A stretch of 64,000 bases of DNA from a virus (IMGVR_UViG_3300034106_004043), one strand, 5' to 3'. Numbered from the stretch's first letter, positions 1-8,136 are shown. Notes: generated from the letters alone by a model not told the origin. Numbers and translations are program-made.

Positions 1-81
1 TTCCACAGTTTTTTGTTGTTTCGTACATGACGAAACCAAGATAATCAAAACTAACATCGAGATAACTTTATTCATTTTCAT
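1..81 (-). CDS. Putative lipoprotein, 5' part only (runs off window)
   Basis: Manual translation MKMNKVISMLVLIILVSSCTKQQ; hydrophobic stretch plus lipobox-like LVSSC. Confidence 0.55.
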   Translation of the reverse strand, partial: MKMNKVISMLVLIILVSSCTKQQKTVE

Positions 82-138
82 AGTTTTATATATTTATACA
101 AATATACGTGGTTTTACCCGTATAAAAAAATATATTAC

Positions 139-1854
139 ATGAAAAAATTATTAATAACTGAAGATGATAAAAAACACATACTAAACTTGTATGGTCTTTT
201 AACTGAGGCAATTGACCCTAATTCAGGTGGTACTACTACAATTAACAATTATTACCCATCAGGATGGTATACATTAGGAAATAAAGATACTCAATCCGGT
301 AAAATCATACAAAATCAATTAGATGAAATATTAGTTCAAGTAACTGAATTTGCTAAAAAATACCCTAACTCCATAGTGAGTGTTAAATTTATATCACAAG
401 AATCAGCAATACCTAATAAAGATAATGAAGGGAAAGCCGGTGGTGGATATTTAGAAGTTGGTGGGTTGAGTGATTTGAGAAAACAATACTTAGAAGCACA
501 TATTAAAAAATATTTTGATAATTTAAAAGCTAACGGTGTTATTGGACAAACAGTTGAGGTTCCTCCTATAGAGTATGAAAGAAAACCCATTGTTACCGCT
601 TGGGTAGGAACACCTTTTTGTCCGGCAAATGCAACCAAAGAACAACAAAGAGGTGAATGTTACAAGAAATATAAAGCCGGTGAAAAAACAACTTATAAAG
701 ATTATTTTAACAAATACCAAAAAGAACAATCAAGTCAATTAGAAATTACTGTAAAGTTAAAAGAAGAACCAAAAATAACAACGACAACTATTGACTATGG
801 TAAATGTGCGGTTCAATTAAAAATTAGAGTATGGGTTGAGTCTCATAATTGTCAAAATGCTGAATTTTTCATTTTTGCAAATGATTTACTACTTTATAAC
901 ACACAGGGAGGTATGACTGCAAATTTAAATAATGCCGGCACGTCTAGAGGTATACCAAAACCAACAGCTCCACCAATATTTGATGCTGAATACTTAAACC
1001 CTGGTTATGGTGAGTTAAAAAATGGTGACGGTACATTTTCATACGGTTATGGTATAAAAAAACTATCTGGTGATAAAGAGGGAAGTAGGTCAGACACCTT
1101 TACAATAACTAAAGAGCAATCATTAGAATTATTAAAAAAATCTGATGGTAAAATTAATCTTTGGATGATTGCCACAACATCGGCAGCCCATAAAGACATT
1201 CCAAAGGTAACAATCACAAAATCAGATGGTACAGTAATCTATAATAAAGCCCCTAAAATAAGACAAGGTAAATTGTTAACTTTAGATGGATGTACCTATA
1301 AAGTAATTGAAGGAAATAACGCTTCAGTTCCTTCTGTTGCAAGTTATGTTAATAAAATTAGAGACGAAAGAAGTGCTTTACAAAAAACATATGAAATTAA
1401 AGGAGGTAGTAAAAAGAAACAACAGAAGATGGATACTAAAGCATTAATTTTAGAGAGGTGTACTGAATTGGTCGATAAAATGACTAATTTATTACAATAT
1501 TTAAAATTAAAATTACAACCATCTGAATCACGATATGGAACACCTGAAATAGAGGCGGAAATCACTAAGAATTACGAGCTCTTCGAGAGCCTATTAACAG
1601 ATACAGGAACAGACGAAAATCCTCAACCACAATTATATAAGTCCGATGGTACATTTCACGATGAAACTATTGCCAATGATAAACTGTTTGGTGATGTTAG
1701 ACAAGATTTAGAACAATTTTACGAAGGATTTAATGCGGTGTTTGTTAAAAGCAAAAAAGTATTTTCTAATGGAATTAGAAATTCATCGGGTGAATTGGAT
1801 GGTAATAAGATATTAAATAATATTAAAAACCTAAAACAATATATGATAGACTAA
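139..1854 (+). CDS. Hypothetical 571-aa phage protein with MKKLLITE N-terminal motif
   Basis: Long ORF; TATTTATA at 91-98; terminator follows. Confidence 0.8.
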   Translation: MKKLLITEDDKKHILNLYGLLTEAIDPNSGGTTTINNYYPSGWYTLGNKDTQSGKIIQNQLDEILVQVTEFAKKYPNSIVSVKFISQESAIPNKDNEGKAGGGYLEVGGLSDLRKQYLEAHIKKYFDNLKANGVIGQTVEVPPIEYERKPIVTAWVGTPFCPANATKEQQRGECYKKYKAGEKTTYKDYFNKYQKEQSSQLEITVKLKEEPKITTTTIDYGKCAVQLKIRVWVESHNCQNAEFFIFANDLLLYNTQGGMTANLNNAGTSRGIPKPTAPPIFDAEYLNPGYGELKNGDGTFSYGYGIKKLSGDKEGSRSDTFTITKEQSLELLKKSDGKINLWMIATTSAAHKDIPKVTITKSDGTVIYNKAPKIRQGKLLTLDGCTYKVIEGNNASVPSVASYVNKIRDERSALQKTYEIKGGSKKKQQKMDTKALILERCTELVDKMTNLLQYLKLKLQPSESRYGTPEIEAEITKNYELFESLLTDTGTDENPQPQLYKSDGTFHDETIANDKLFGDVRQDLEQFYEGFNAVFVKSKKVFSNGIRNSSGELDGNKILNNIKNLKQYMID

Positions 1855-1855
1855 C

Positions 1856-1884
1856 AAAAAACCCATCAAAAGATGGGTTTTTTT
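1856..1884. terminator. Bidirectional intrinsic terminator
   Basis: A-tract, acccatc/gatgggt stem, T-tract between convergent genes. Confidence 0.8.
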
Positions 1885-1904
1885 ATAGTAGTAAATTTAA
1901 ATTA

Positions 1905-2624
1905 TTAAAATAAAAGACTTTTTTTGTAGTAGTCATCAAACCCATCAAGCATTTCGGTGATTGATTTAGTTCCATCGGTTTTAATAACCTCATCAATCAA
2001 TCCAAACTCTTTCGCTTCATCTGAGTTAAACCATCTGTCACGTGCAGAGAATTCCAATACCTCATCAATAGTTTTACCACAATTCTCAGCCAACATCTTA
2101 AATAAGATATAGTTATACTTCTCAGCTTCCATCTGGTTGATACGAGTATCTTGAATGTTACCACTTGTTCCGTGACTAACTTGGTGAGTCATAACCTTTG
2201 AATATACAAGTGATGAACGTTTACCTTTGGTTCCTGATGAAAGTAACACTGAACCCATAGATGCACACATACCAATATTTGTGGTAACAACATCTGATTT
2301 AATGTAGTTCATCAAATCTACAATACCAAGACCACACAATACAGAACCACCTGGTGAGTTGATATATAAGGTAATATCTTTCTGTTCAACCGAATCCAAG
2401 AATAACATCTGAGCTTGAACAATATCGGACATACGTTGGTTCACCGCTCCTGATACCCACAAGATACGTTCTCTCATCAATCGTGAGAAGATATCAATCT
2501 GTGTTGCTCTCATCTCTCTTTCCTCTAACACATAAGGTGTTAATGAGTTCTCAAACGCATCAAGGCTAGTTGATGAAATCCCTTCACTTAACGCAAACTT
2601 TCTAAATTCTTTTCCGTAATTCAT
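1905..2624 (-). CDS. clpP: ATP-dependent Clp protease proteolytic subunit
   Basis: DIFSRLMRERIL, YINSPGGSV, ASMGS (catalytic Ser), MTHQ (His), RDRWF. Confidence 0.95.
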   Translation of the reverse strand: MNYGKEFRKFALSEGISSTSLDAFENSLTPYVLEEREMRATQIDIFSRLMRERILWVSGAVNQRMSDIVQAQMLFLDSVEQKDITLYINSPGGSVLCGLGIVDLMNYIKSDVVTTNIGMCASMGSVLLSSGTKGKRSSLVYSKVMTHQVSHGTSGNIQDTRINQMEAEKYNYILFKMLAENCGKTIDEVLEFSARDRWFNSDEAKEFGLIDEVIKTDGTKSITEMLDGFDDYYKKSLLF

Positions 2625-2630
2625 ATTATA

Positions 2631-2792
2631 TTATTTTATTCCTTTACAAATTTGTTTATCGTCTGATGTGTCCCATAGTTTGGGATTAACCATATGACAG
2701 GTGTGTTTTCTACCTGTTCGTTGAACAAAGTTTTTTAACTTACTATTGTGATTATTTTCAACCTTCCAAGGACATTCCTTACAACAAGACAT
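2631..2792 (-). CDS. Small Cys/His-rich protein, possible metal binding
   Basis: CCKECPW...HTCHM...C; start trimmed to MSCC. Confidence 0.6.
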   Translation of the reverse strand: MSCCKECPWKVENNHNSKLKNFVQRTGRKHTCHMVNPKLWDTSDDKQICKGIK

Positions 2793-2793
2793 A

Positions 2794-3003
2794 TTATATC
2801 TTTTCGTATTTAATATTATCAAGTTTTTCCATGAGTTGGTAATAGATGGTAAGGTTCATACCTACATTTTCTTTTTCATATTTCGCAAAATATAGTTTTA
2901 CCAATTTCTTTGCAGCAACTCCCTGTAAGGGTGTCTTACAGGACTTTATTACCTCCTCAACCCATAATAGGGTGTCATACCAATTTTTTCCTTTTGCCGC
3001 CAT
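2794..3003 (-). CDS. Hypothetical protein
   Basis: Start moved to MAAKGKNWY because the longer ORF overlaps a tRNA. Confidence 0.6.
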   Translation of the reverse strand: MAAKGKNWYDTLLWVEEVIKSCKTPLQGVAAKKLVKLYFAKYEKENVGMNLTIYYQLMEKLDNIKYEKI

Positions 3004-3017
3004 AATTTTAAAATTTG

Positions 3018-3091
3018 TGAAGAAGACGGGAATCGAACCACGTGGCACAAGATGTTTCAAACCTTTGCTCTACCGACTGAGCTACTTCTTC
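3018..3091 (-). tRNA. tRNA-Phe(GAA), atypical second copy
   Basis: gaagaag/cttcttc acceptor; GCTC/GAGC D arm; aaggt-TTGAAAC-atctt; T arm has a bulge. Confidence 0.7.
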
Positions 3092-3145
3092 ATATAAGTT
3101 AAAGGCCGGTGTATTTCACAATCCGACCTTTATATATAAATTAAA

Positions 3146-3511
3146 TTAGATTACTTCAGAGATTGCCTCGTCAGCACAATCCATTATAATATCTGAGTGA
3201 ATTTCGCCTGTAGCACTTACGAATGTGTCTCTCAAAACATCTTCGTCAATACTTGGGATGATTAAACGACCATCAACTTCAAATGTTACCACATCATTAG
3301 CTTCTAATGAATTAATCATTTCATCAAAGATACATTCATTAATTTTACCGGTGTATTCAATCAAGAAATCTTTTAATTGTTCTCTTGTGAAAACGATATC
3401 CGCTTCTTCAACTACGATACCCGCTTCAGATTTAACTTCATTTAATTGTGATTGGATTTCAATTAATTTCTCAATTAACTCTTCGTTTTGTTTTTTGTTC
3501 TTCTTAGACAT
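3146..3511 (-). CDS. Hypothetical acidic protein
   Basis: ORF with TATATTTG promoter element at 3542-3549. Confidence 0.7.
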   Translation of the reverse strand: MSKKNKKQNEELIEKLIEIQSQLNEVKSEAGIVVEEADIVFTREQLKDFLIEYTGKINECIFDEMINSLEANDVVTFEVDGRLIIPSIDEDVLRDTFVSATGEIHSDIIMDCADEAISEVI

Positions 3512-3575
3512 ATTATTATTTTTTTGTTTTTATTTCTTTTACAAATATATAAAGTATTTCTGATACTATCAAATA

Positions 3576-4175
3576 TTATCTTACCAAACTAACAAAACCT
3601 TTTTGGTAATGTGGTGTTCCTTTTTCATCACGGTAATACATCTTCCAAGTGTATATACCCGACTCACAATAGTATCCACTGTTATTCACATTACCTGTCC
3701 AATATTGTGATTGTGATTCAATAACACAAACCAGTTGACCCCATTGGGTATAAATCTCTAATCGTGGATTAAACACATTGGTTCCCTTGAAGGAAAATAT
3801 ATCATTCAGCCCATCGTTGTTAGGTGAAAACGAATTGGGAACATAAAGTTTATGACAGGCAGTGGTGGTAATAGTTAAAGAAGCAGTATCAGTACTACAC
3901 CCATTTAAATCCACACCATACACTTCAATCAAATAATTATCAGTGGTATCATCCCAAGTCAATGAAATATCATTGTCGGATTCAACCTGACCTACACTAT
4001 CAACCGTCCAGTAATAAACAACATTGTCTATGTTCTCAACAGAATAGTTATGTGTCTTAAACTCTGAACACATATCAAGCACATTACCATCGTGTGTTAT
4101 CGTTAGTGGTAAAGTATCACACTGTCCAAAGAAGTGTGAGGGAATAAATAATAATACAAATAAAAGTTTTTTCAT
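3576..4175 (-). CDS. Secreted protein with T9SS type B (gliding motility-associated, CHU_C-like) C-terminal domain
   Basis: Signal peptide ending FFG-Q; YVPNSFSPNNDGLNDIF...IYTQWGQLV...WTG...GIYTW...KGFVSLVR. Confidence 0.85.
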   Translation of the reverse strand: MKKLLFVLLFIPSHFFGQCDTLPLTITHDGNVLDMCSEFKTHNYSVENIDNVVYYWTVDSVGQVESDNDISLTWDDTTDNYLIEVYGVDLNGCSTDTASLTITTTACHKLYVPNSFSPNNDGLNDIFSFKGTNVFNPRLEIYTQWGQLVCVIESQSQYWTGNVNNSGYYCESGIYTWKMYYRDEKGTPHYQKGFVSLVR

Positions 4176-4209
4176 ACGAAATCAATAATACACATTAGAC
4201 TTTGTAAAG

Positions 4210-4983
4210 TCAAAAAAAATTGAGGTCGGAGTTGGAAGAATTATCTTTATTAAATTTATCATTCCATTCTTTTATCCTTGAAATAAGTTCATCAATAGTA
4301 ATTGAGCAAGATGTTTTTTTTACACTATTTTCAGAATACTTTAATAATTGACAGTTTGCCGGATGTTTTATTATTTCAGGGTCTATTTTATTAATGAAAC
4401 CTTCTTTAACTGAATACATATGGTCCTTACTGACCCCATTTAAATTATTACCTTTATTTGAAGGACTATACCATCCTAATTTTTTTAAATCAGTGGTGTT
4501 AAATTCTGCTTCAAAAGTTTTGAAGTCAAAGTCAAATTCACAAGACGGTCTATAAAACTTATAATATTGGTATCTACAATCATCACAAGTTATTTTATAT
4601 TTTGGTATTTTTTTTTCAAGATTACAAGAACGACATTTTTTATTTTTTTCTTTTACCGGCCCATAGTGTTTTTTTAATGATTGACTTATTTTATTCTTAA
4701 CATCTTCTGTCAACCCATTTCTTTGTAAATTATTATAAGAAGCTGAACAATTTAAAGAACAAAAAAATCTTTCTTCACTAATATATGAAACAAATTCATC
4801 ACCACAATACTTACAACTTTGTTTATGACTTTTAGATGGTAATTGTGATTTTAATTTTAACCTAAAACAACGATTGTTAATTGTTTTTTTTGACACGCCA
4901 AAAATTATAGATATTTCTTTGTGTGTTTTACCTTCTTGGATTAACTCCTTTAAGGTATTATCATTTTGTTTAGTCCATTTCAT
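4210..4983 (-). CDS. Putative HNH-type homing endonuclease with N-terminal HTH and Zn-finger-like segments
   Basis: SKDHMYS...HPANCQLL...ENSVK; several CxxC; TATTTATA just upstream of ATG 4983. Confidence 0.65.
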   Translation of the reverse strand: MKWTKQNDNTLKELIQEGKTHKEISIIFGVSKKTINNRCFRLKLKSQLPSKSHKQSCKYCGDEFVSYISEERFFCSLNCSASYNNLQRNGLTEDVKNKISQSLKKHYGPVKEKNKKCRSCNLEKKIPKYKITCDDCRYQYYKFYRPSCEFDFDFKTFEAEFNTTDLKKLGWYSPSNKGNNLNGVSKDHMYSVKEGFINKIDPEIIKHPANCQLLKYSENSVKKTSCSITIDELISRIKEWNDKFNKDNSSNSDLNFF

Positions 4984-5031
4984 ATCTATAAATATATGAA
5001 AATGAGTTTTTTTCATAGTTGAACTTAATTG

Positions 5032-5119
5032 AGTGTTCGGTCAGATTCGAACTGACGATGTTGCTATTAACAAAACCAATTTTGCAGATTGGCGGTTTCA
5101 ACCACTCACCCACGAACAC
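5032..5119 (-). tRNA. tRNA-Cys(GCA) with long variable arm
   Basis: gtgttcg/cgaacac acceptor, U73; ccaat-CTGCAAA-attgg; 19-nt variable region; gtcag-TTCGAAT-ctgac. Confidence 0.85.
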
Positions 5120-5146
5120 TTATAATTTAATACCAAAAAAGTCAAG

Positions 5147-5234
5147 AGGAGAGCAACAGACTCGAACTGTGCCCAACTTAATGGGTTACTGTTTAGCAAA
5201 CAGTCGGGGACACCATTTCCCTCCTTTACTCTCC
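5147..5234 (-). tRNA. tRNA-Ser(GCU)
   Basis: actgt-TTGCTAA-acagt; long variable arm; ggagagt/gctctcc acceptor. Confidence 0.85.
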
Positions 5235-5238
5235 AATG

Positions 5239-5313
5239 TGTGTCTAGCGGGATTCGAACCCGCGATGACCTGAACCACAATCAGGCGACTTAAACCTCTT
5301 GTCAATAGACACC
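5239..5313 (-). tRNA. tRNA-His(GUG)
   Basis: cctga-TTGTGGT-tcagg; G-1 present; gcggg-TTCGAAT-cccgc. Confidence 0.9.
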
Positions 5314-5319
5314 GTGTAG

Positions 5320-5402
5320 TACCCCCTGTAGGACTCGAACCTACACGTCTTTAAGACAATTGTTTCTAAGACAACTCTGACTACCAGTTCCAGCAAGGGG
5401 GT
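5320..5402 (-). tRNA. tRNA-Leu(UAG)
   Basis: gttgt-CTTAGAA-acaat; variable arm; A73. Confidence 0.9.
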
Positions 5403-5409
5403 AAATAAG

Positions 5410-5496
5410 CGGAAGAGATAGGACTCGAACCTACACATCAGTTTCCCGATACCGGTTTTCAAGACCGGGGCGATACCAATTACGCTTTACTCTTCC
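5410..5496 (-). tRNA. tRNA-Ser(UGA)
   Basis: ccggt-CTTGAAA-accgg; long variable arm; G73. Confidence 0.92.
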
Positions 5497-5758
5497 AAGT
5501 TCCCCACCTGAGATTACAGTGAGTAGATTTTAACGGGTTACTCTGACTGTTTCGAGAACCATCACTATTCTGGGTTCGACGCCAGACCTAGCTTTTTCAT
5601 TAGTGTCTTACCACATAAAAACCTGTCAATCCTATACGTCGGAGCTGCGGATATGCTTCACTTTAACCCGAATCGATTCCCCATTAAGGTCGGGGGCTTT
5701 TTACTACCACTACTTTTTTAAAGAATGTAGCCAATCTTGCCGAGTATCTCTTACTCAT
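5497..5758 (-). ncRNA. Candidate structured ncRNA in the tRNA operon
   Basis: GC-richer spacer with hairpins; 3' end shares CTGTAATCTCAGG with the 1 kb RNA at 18360-18372. Confidence 0.45.
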
Positions 5759-5760
5759 TG

Positions 5761-5949
5761 CAATCAGAACAGGATTCGAACCTGTATGATGTATTTCCCT
5801 TACATCTCGGAATTAAGAGTATCATAGAAACAACTTAATCCTACTAACTTACTTGTTGCGTCTACCAAGTTAACATTGACCCCGTAGTGGATTCTAACCA
5901 CATTGTTTTTACATCTAGAACGGGGTTGTTAACATTCCGCCACCTGACT
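5761..5949 (-). ncRNA. tRNA-like RNA A (189 nt) with D-loop insertion
   Basis: AGTCAGG/TCTGATT acceptor; GGCGGAAT...TGGTAGACGC split D arm; ACAGG-TTCGAAT-CCTGT T arm. Confidence 0.7.
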
Positions 5950-6074
5950 ATATTTTATTTCAATAATCTAGACCAAATCTTAATTACCATATCTCTTTGT
6001 GGAGATGGTTTTAGTTTCGACCACCTATCTATCCAATTCTTTATTTGTTCCTGTGTCATTCTTATTTAATCTTG

Positions 6075-6155
6075 CAGTCAGGACAGGATTTGAACCTGCA
6101 TTGTCACCCCTTTATAGTGTACACCGCGAGCTGCGTTACCATTCGCCACCTGACC
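6075..6155 (-). ncRNA. tRNA-like RNA B (81 nt), no canonical anticodon arm
   Basis: GGTCAGG/CCTGACT acceptor; GCG/CGC D stem; GCAGG-TTCAAAT-CCTGT. Confidence 0.7.
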
Positions 6156-6373
6156 TATGTTAAAACACCCTTATCTATCCAACTTACAGGTGTTATGGCT
6201 GTCCTCATTGCTGAGTTAGGAATAAACTGTCTTGCTCCCCTTCGTGATGGGTTTTACCGACCTTAGTAGTCAACTAGAAGGTAATATATATACAAACCTT
6301 CAACTCTTCCCTATGGTTATCATACCATTTCTCATCGTATGGGACATACTATCTGATGATTAGTCAGAACGTG

Positions 6374-6440
6374 TAGTCAGAACAGGATTCGAACCTGCAA
6401 TCTTCCTTGTTAGGAGCTCTGCCAATTGAGTTACCTGACT
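6374..6440 (-). ncRNA. tRNA-like RNA C (67 nt), 4-nt anticodon loop
   Basis: AGTCAGG/TCTGACT acceptor; tcct-AACA-agga arm; GCAGG-TTCGAAT-CCTGT. Confidence 0.7.
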
Positions 6441-6636
6441 ATTTTACTATTAGCTCTTTAGCATTCTACTCCCTGCATGACGGAATTGTATCTTACTTAG
6501 CCCCACGTCCTCAGTACGGGTACCAAAGTTCACTAATAGTTGAGGATGAGAAGTCCTCTGTGTTGTAAGCATATTGTTACTTTTAACAACTTCCTTTTTT
6601 ATCAATACCTCCTTTCTCAAGGGAACAACACGTTTG

Positions 6637-6751
6637 TAGTCAGGGCCGGACTCGAACCGGATAAGTAACCTTACTTCTAATGGAATCTCCAAGTGTCGAG
6701 AACCACTAGCTCTATGGATTTGGGACCGTCCCTCATTACACCCACCTGACT
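6637..6751 (-). ncRNA. tRNA-like RNA D (115 nt), expanded core
   Basis: AGTCAGG/CCTGACT acceptor; TCCGG-TTCGAGT-CCGGC; TATCTTTG promoter element at 6756-6763. Confidence 0.65.
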
Positions 6752-6774
6752 CCGACAAAGATATGGTAAGTTTT

Positions 6775-7080
6775 TCAATCTACCAAATCTTTTTCCACAT
6801 CTTCATACCATTCTTCAACCGCAAAGATTAATTGAATAAACTCGCAACCATCATCGTCCGATTCATATCTTACGTGGAACCCACCTGTTGATACATCTGT
6901 TTTTTCTTTAAACGCCATCTTTAATAATCGTCTCGCTTCTTGTCTCAATTCAGGAACAGTTGGAATACCTTCGTCAGAAGCCGCCCACTCCCAATTCAAT
7001 ACTTCCATTACTTTTCGGACTTGTTCAAACTTGAAGTAGTCCATTATGCTATCAATAGCATCTTGTTGTTTCTGTGTCAT
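6775..7080 (-). CDS. Hypothetical protein
   Basis: ORF track; typical composition. Confidence 0.75.
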   Translation of the reverse strand: MTQKQQDAIDSIMDYFKFEQVRKVMEVLNWEWAASDEGIPTVPELRQEARRLLKMAFKEKTDVSTGGFHVRYESDDDGCEFIQLIFAVEEWYEDVEKDLVD

Positions 7081-7081
7081 A

Positions 7082-7501
7082 TTATTTATCTAAATCTTTA
7101 TCATTATCCATCAACTCAATAAGAGCTTCCTTTTGTTTCTCTTTCTTCACCATCTCAATCATCTTCTTGATTACCGCAATGTTTCCTTCTCTCTTATCTT
7201 TGAAGAAATCAAAATACATCGGTGGAAACTTCCAACTCTTAATCGTATAGTCAAATCCCAAAATCTCATTTGGTGTGGTGTCAGTTTTAATATCCACAAA
7301 ATATGAATAATTCTCTTCAAACCATCTAAATGCCTGTGAGAAGATTGGCGCTGCAATATTTTCAGACACTCCGTTGGTGTATACTCTACTTGTCCGTAAC
7401 TCCCTGTTGTCCAAATGACTGAAACATCCATAACAACGCTCGTTAAATCCAAGATTCTTGAGTTCCGAAGCAATTTCGTATGTAACAAATTCTTTTTCCA
7501 T
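7082..7501 (-). CDS. Hypothetical protein
   Basis: Start MEKEFV directly after TATCTTTG at 7506-7513. Confidence 0.75.
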   Translation of the reverse strand: MEKEFVTYEIASELKNLGFNERCYGCFSHLDNRELRTSRVYTNGVSENIAAPIFSQAFRWFEENYSYFVDIKTDTTPNEILGFDYTIKSWKFPPMYFDFFKDKREGNIAVIKKMIEMVKKEKQKEALIELMDNDKDLDK

Positions 7502-7542
7502 AATACAAAGATAAGACAAGTTTATTAATAAAACAAAAAAAG

Positions 7543-7613
7543 TTGTCCCGTCTGGACTCGAACCAGAAATACAACAGTCAAAGTGTTGTGTGATGCCATT
7601 TCACTACAGGACA
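7543..7613 (-). tRNA. tRNA-Gln(UUG)
   Basis: caaca-CTTTGAC-tgttg; full cloverleaf. Confidence 0.92.
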
Positions 7614-7670
7614 ATATGGAGCGTAGTGGGGCTGCAGTCCCCTGAGGCACCTACGCAAGTTACTCCTCTT

Positions 7671-7746
7671 TGGCGGCTCCAACGGGATTCGAACCCGTAC
7701 CACACGGCGTGACAAGCCGGCATTGTAGCCATTCAACCATGGAGCC
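7671..7746 (-). tRNA. tRNA-Asp(GUC), CCA encoded
   Basis: ccggc-TTGTCAC-gccgt; ends GCCA. Confidence 0.92.
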
Positions 7747-7824
7747 AAAGTGGGTGGAATCAGAGGCCTTCTGTCCACCGAGACCTCGTAGTTGACTTTC
7801 GTCAGAGCTTACCGAGACACCAGG

Positions 7825-7897
7825 AGCGGGTTGGGGTAATCGAAACCCCGTCTTCACTTTGGAAGAGTGACATAATGAGCCGTTATACGAAACCCGC
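7825..7897 (-). tRNA. tRNA-Gly(UCC)
   Basis: tcact-CTTCCAA-agtga; U73. Confidence 0.9.
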
Positions 7898-7981
7898 TTA
7901 TAAAAAACCCCATCTTCGTCGGATTAACGGACCGACTGCCATATCGGAGGTGGGGGGTTGTCCTGTTAATTCAGAACCTCG

Positions 7982-8054
7982 TGGTACCAGGTGGATTCGA
8001 ACCACCGACACAAGGATTTTCAGTCCTTTGCTCTACCAACTGAGCTATGGTACC
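7982..8054 (-). tRNA. tRNA-Phe(GAA)
   Basis: aagga-CTGAAAA-tcctt; canonical cloverleaf. Confidence 0.95.
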
Positions 8055-8061
8055 ATTATAG

Positions 8062-8136
<75 letters not shown>

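Noticed and set aside
5761-5949. Group I intron interrupting a tRNA
   Set aside because: The inserts are too short, no P7 core motif is visible, and they are not at the anticodon position.
7790-7810. CTGACGA resembling the hammerhead ribozyme core
   Set aside because: The only GAAA is the loop of the TGAC/GTCA hairpin overlapping the motif, and no stem II-GAAA-stem III arrangement follows.
7898-7981. HDV-like (theta) ribozyme 3' of tRNA-Phe
   Set aside because: P3/L3-, P4- and P2-like pieces are present, but I found no P1 pairing in the required order.
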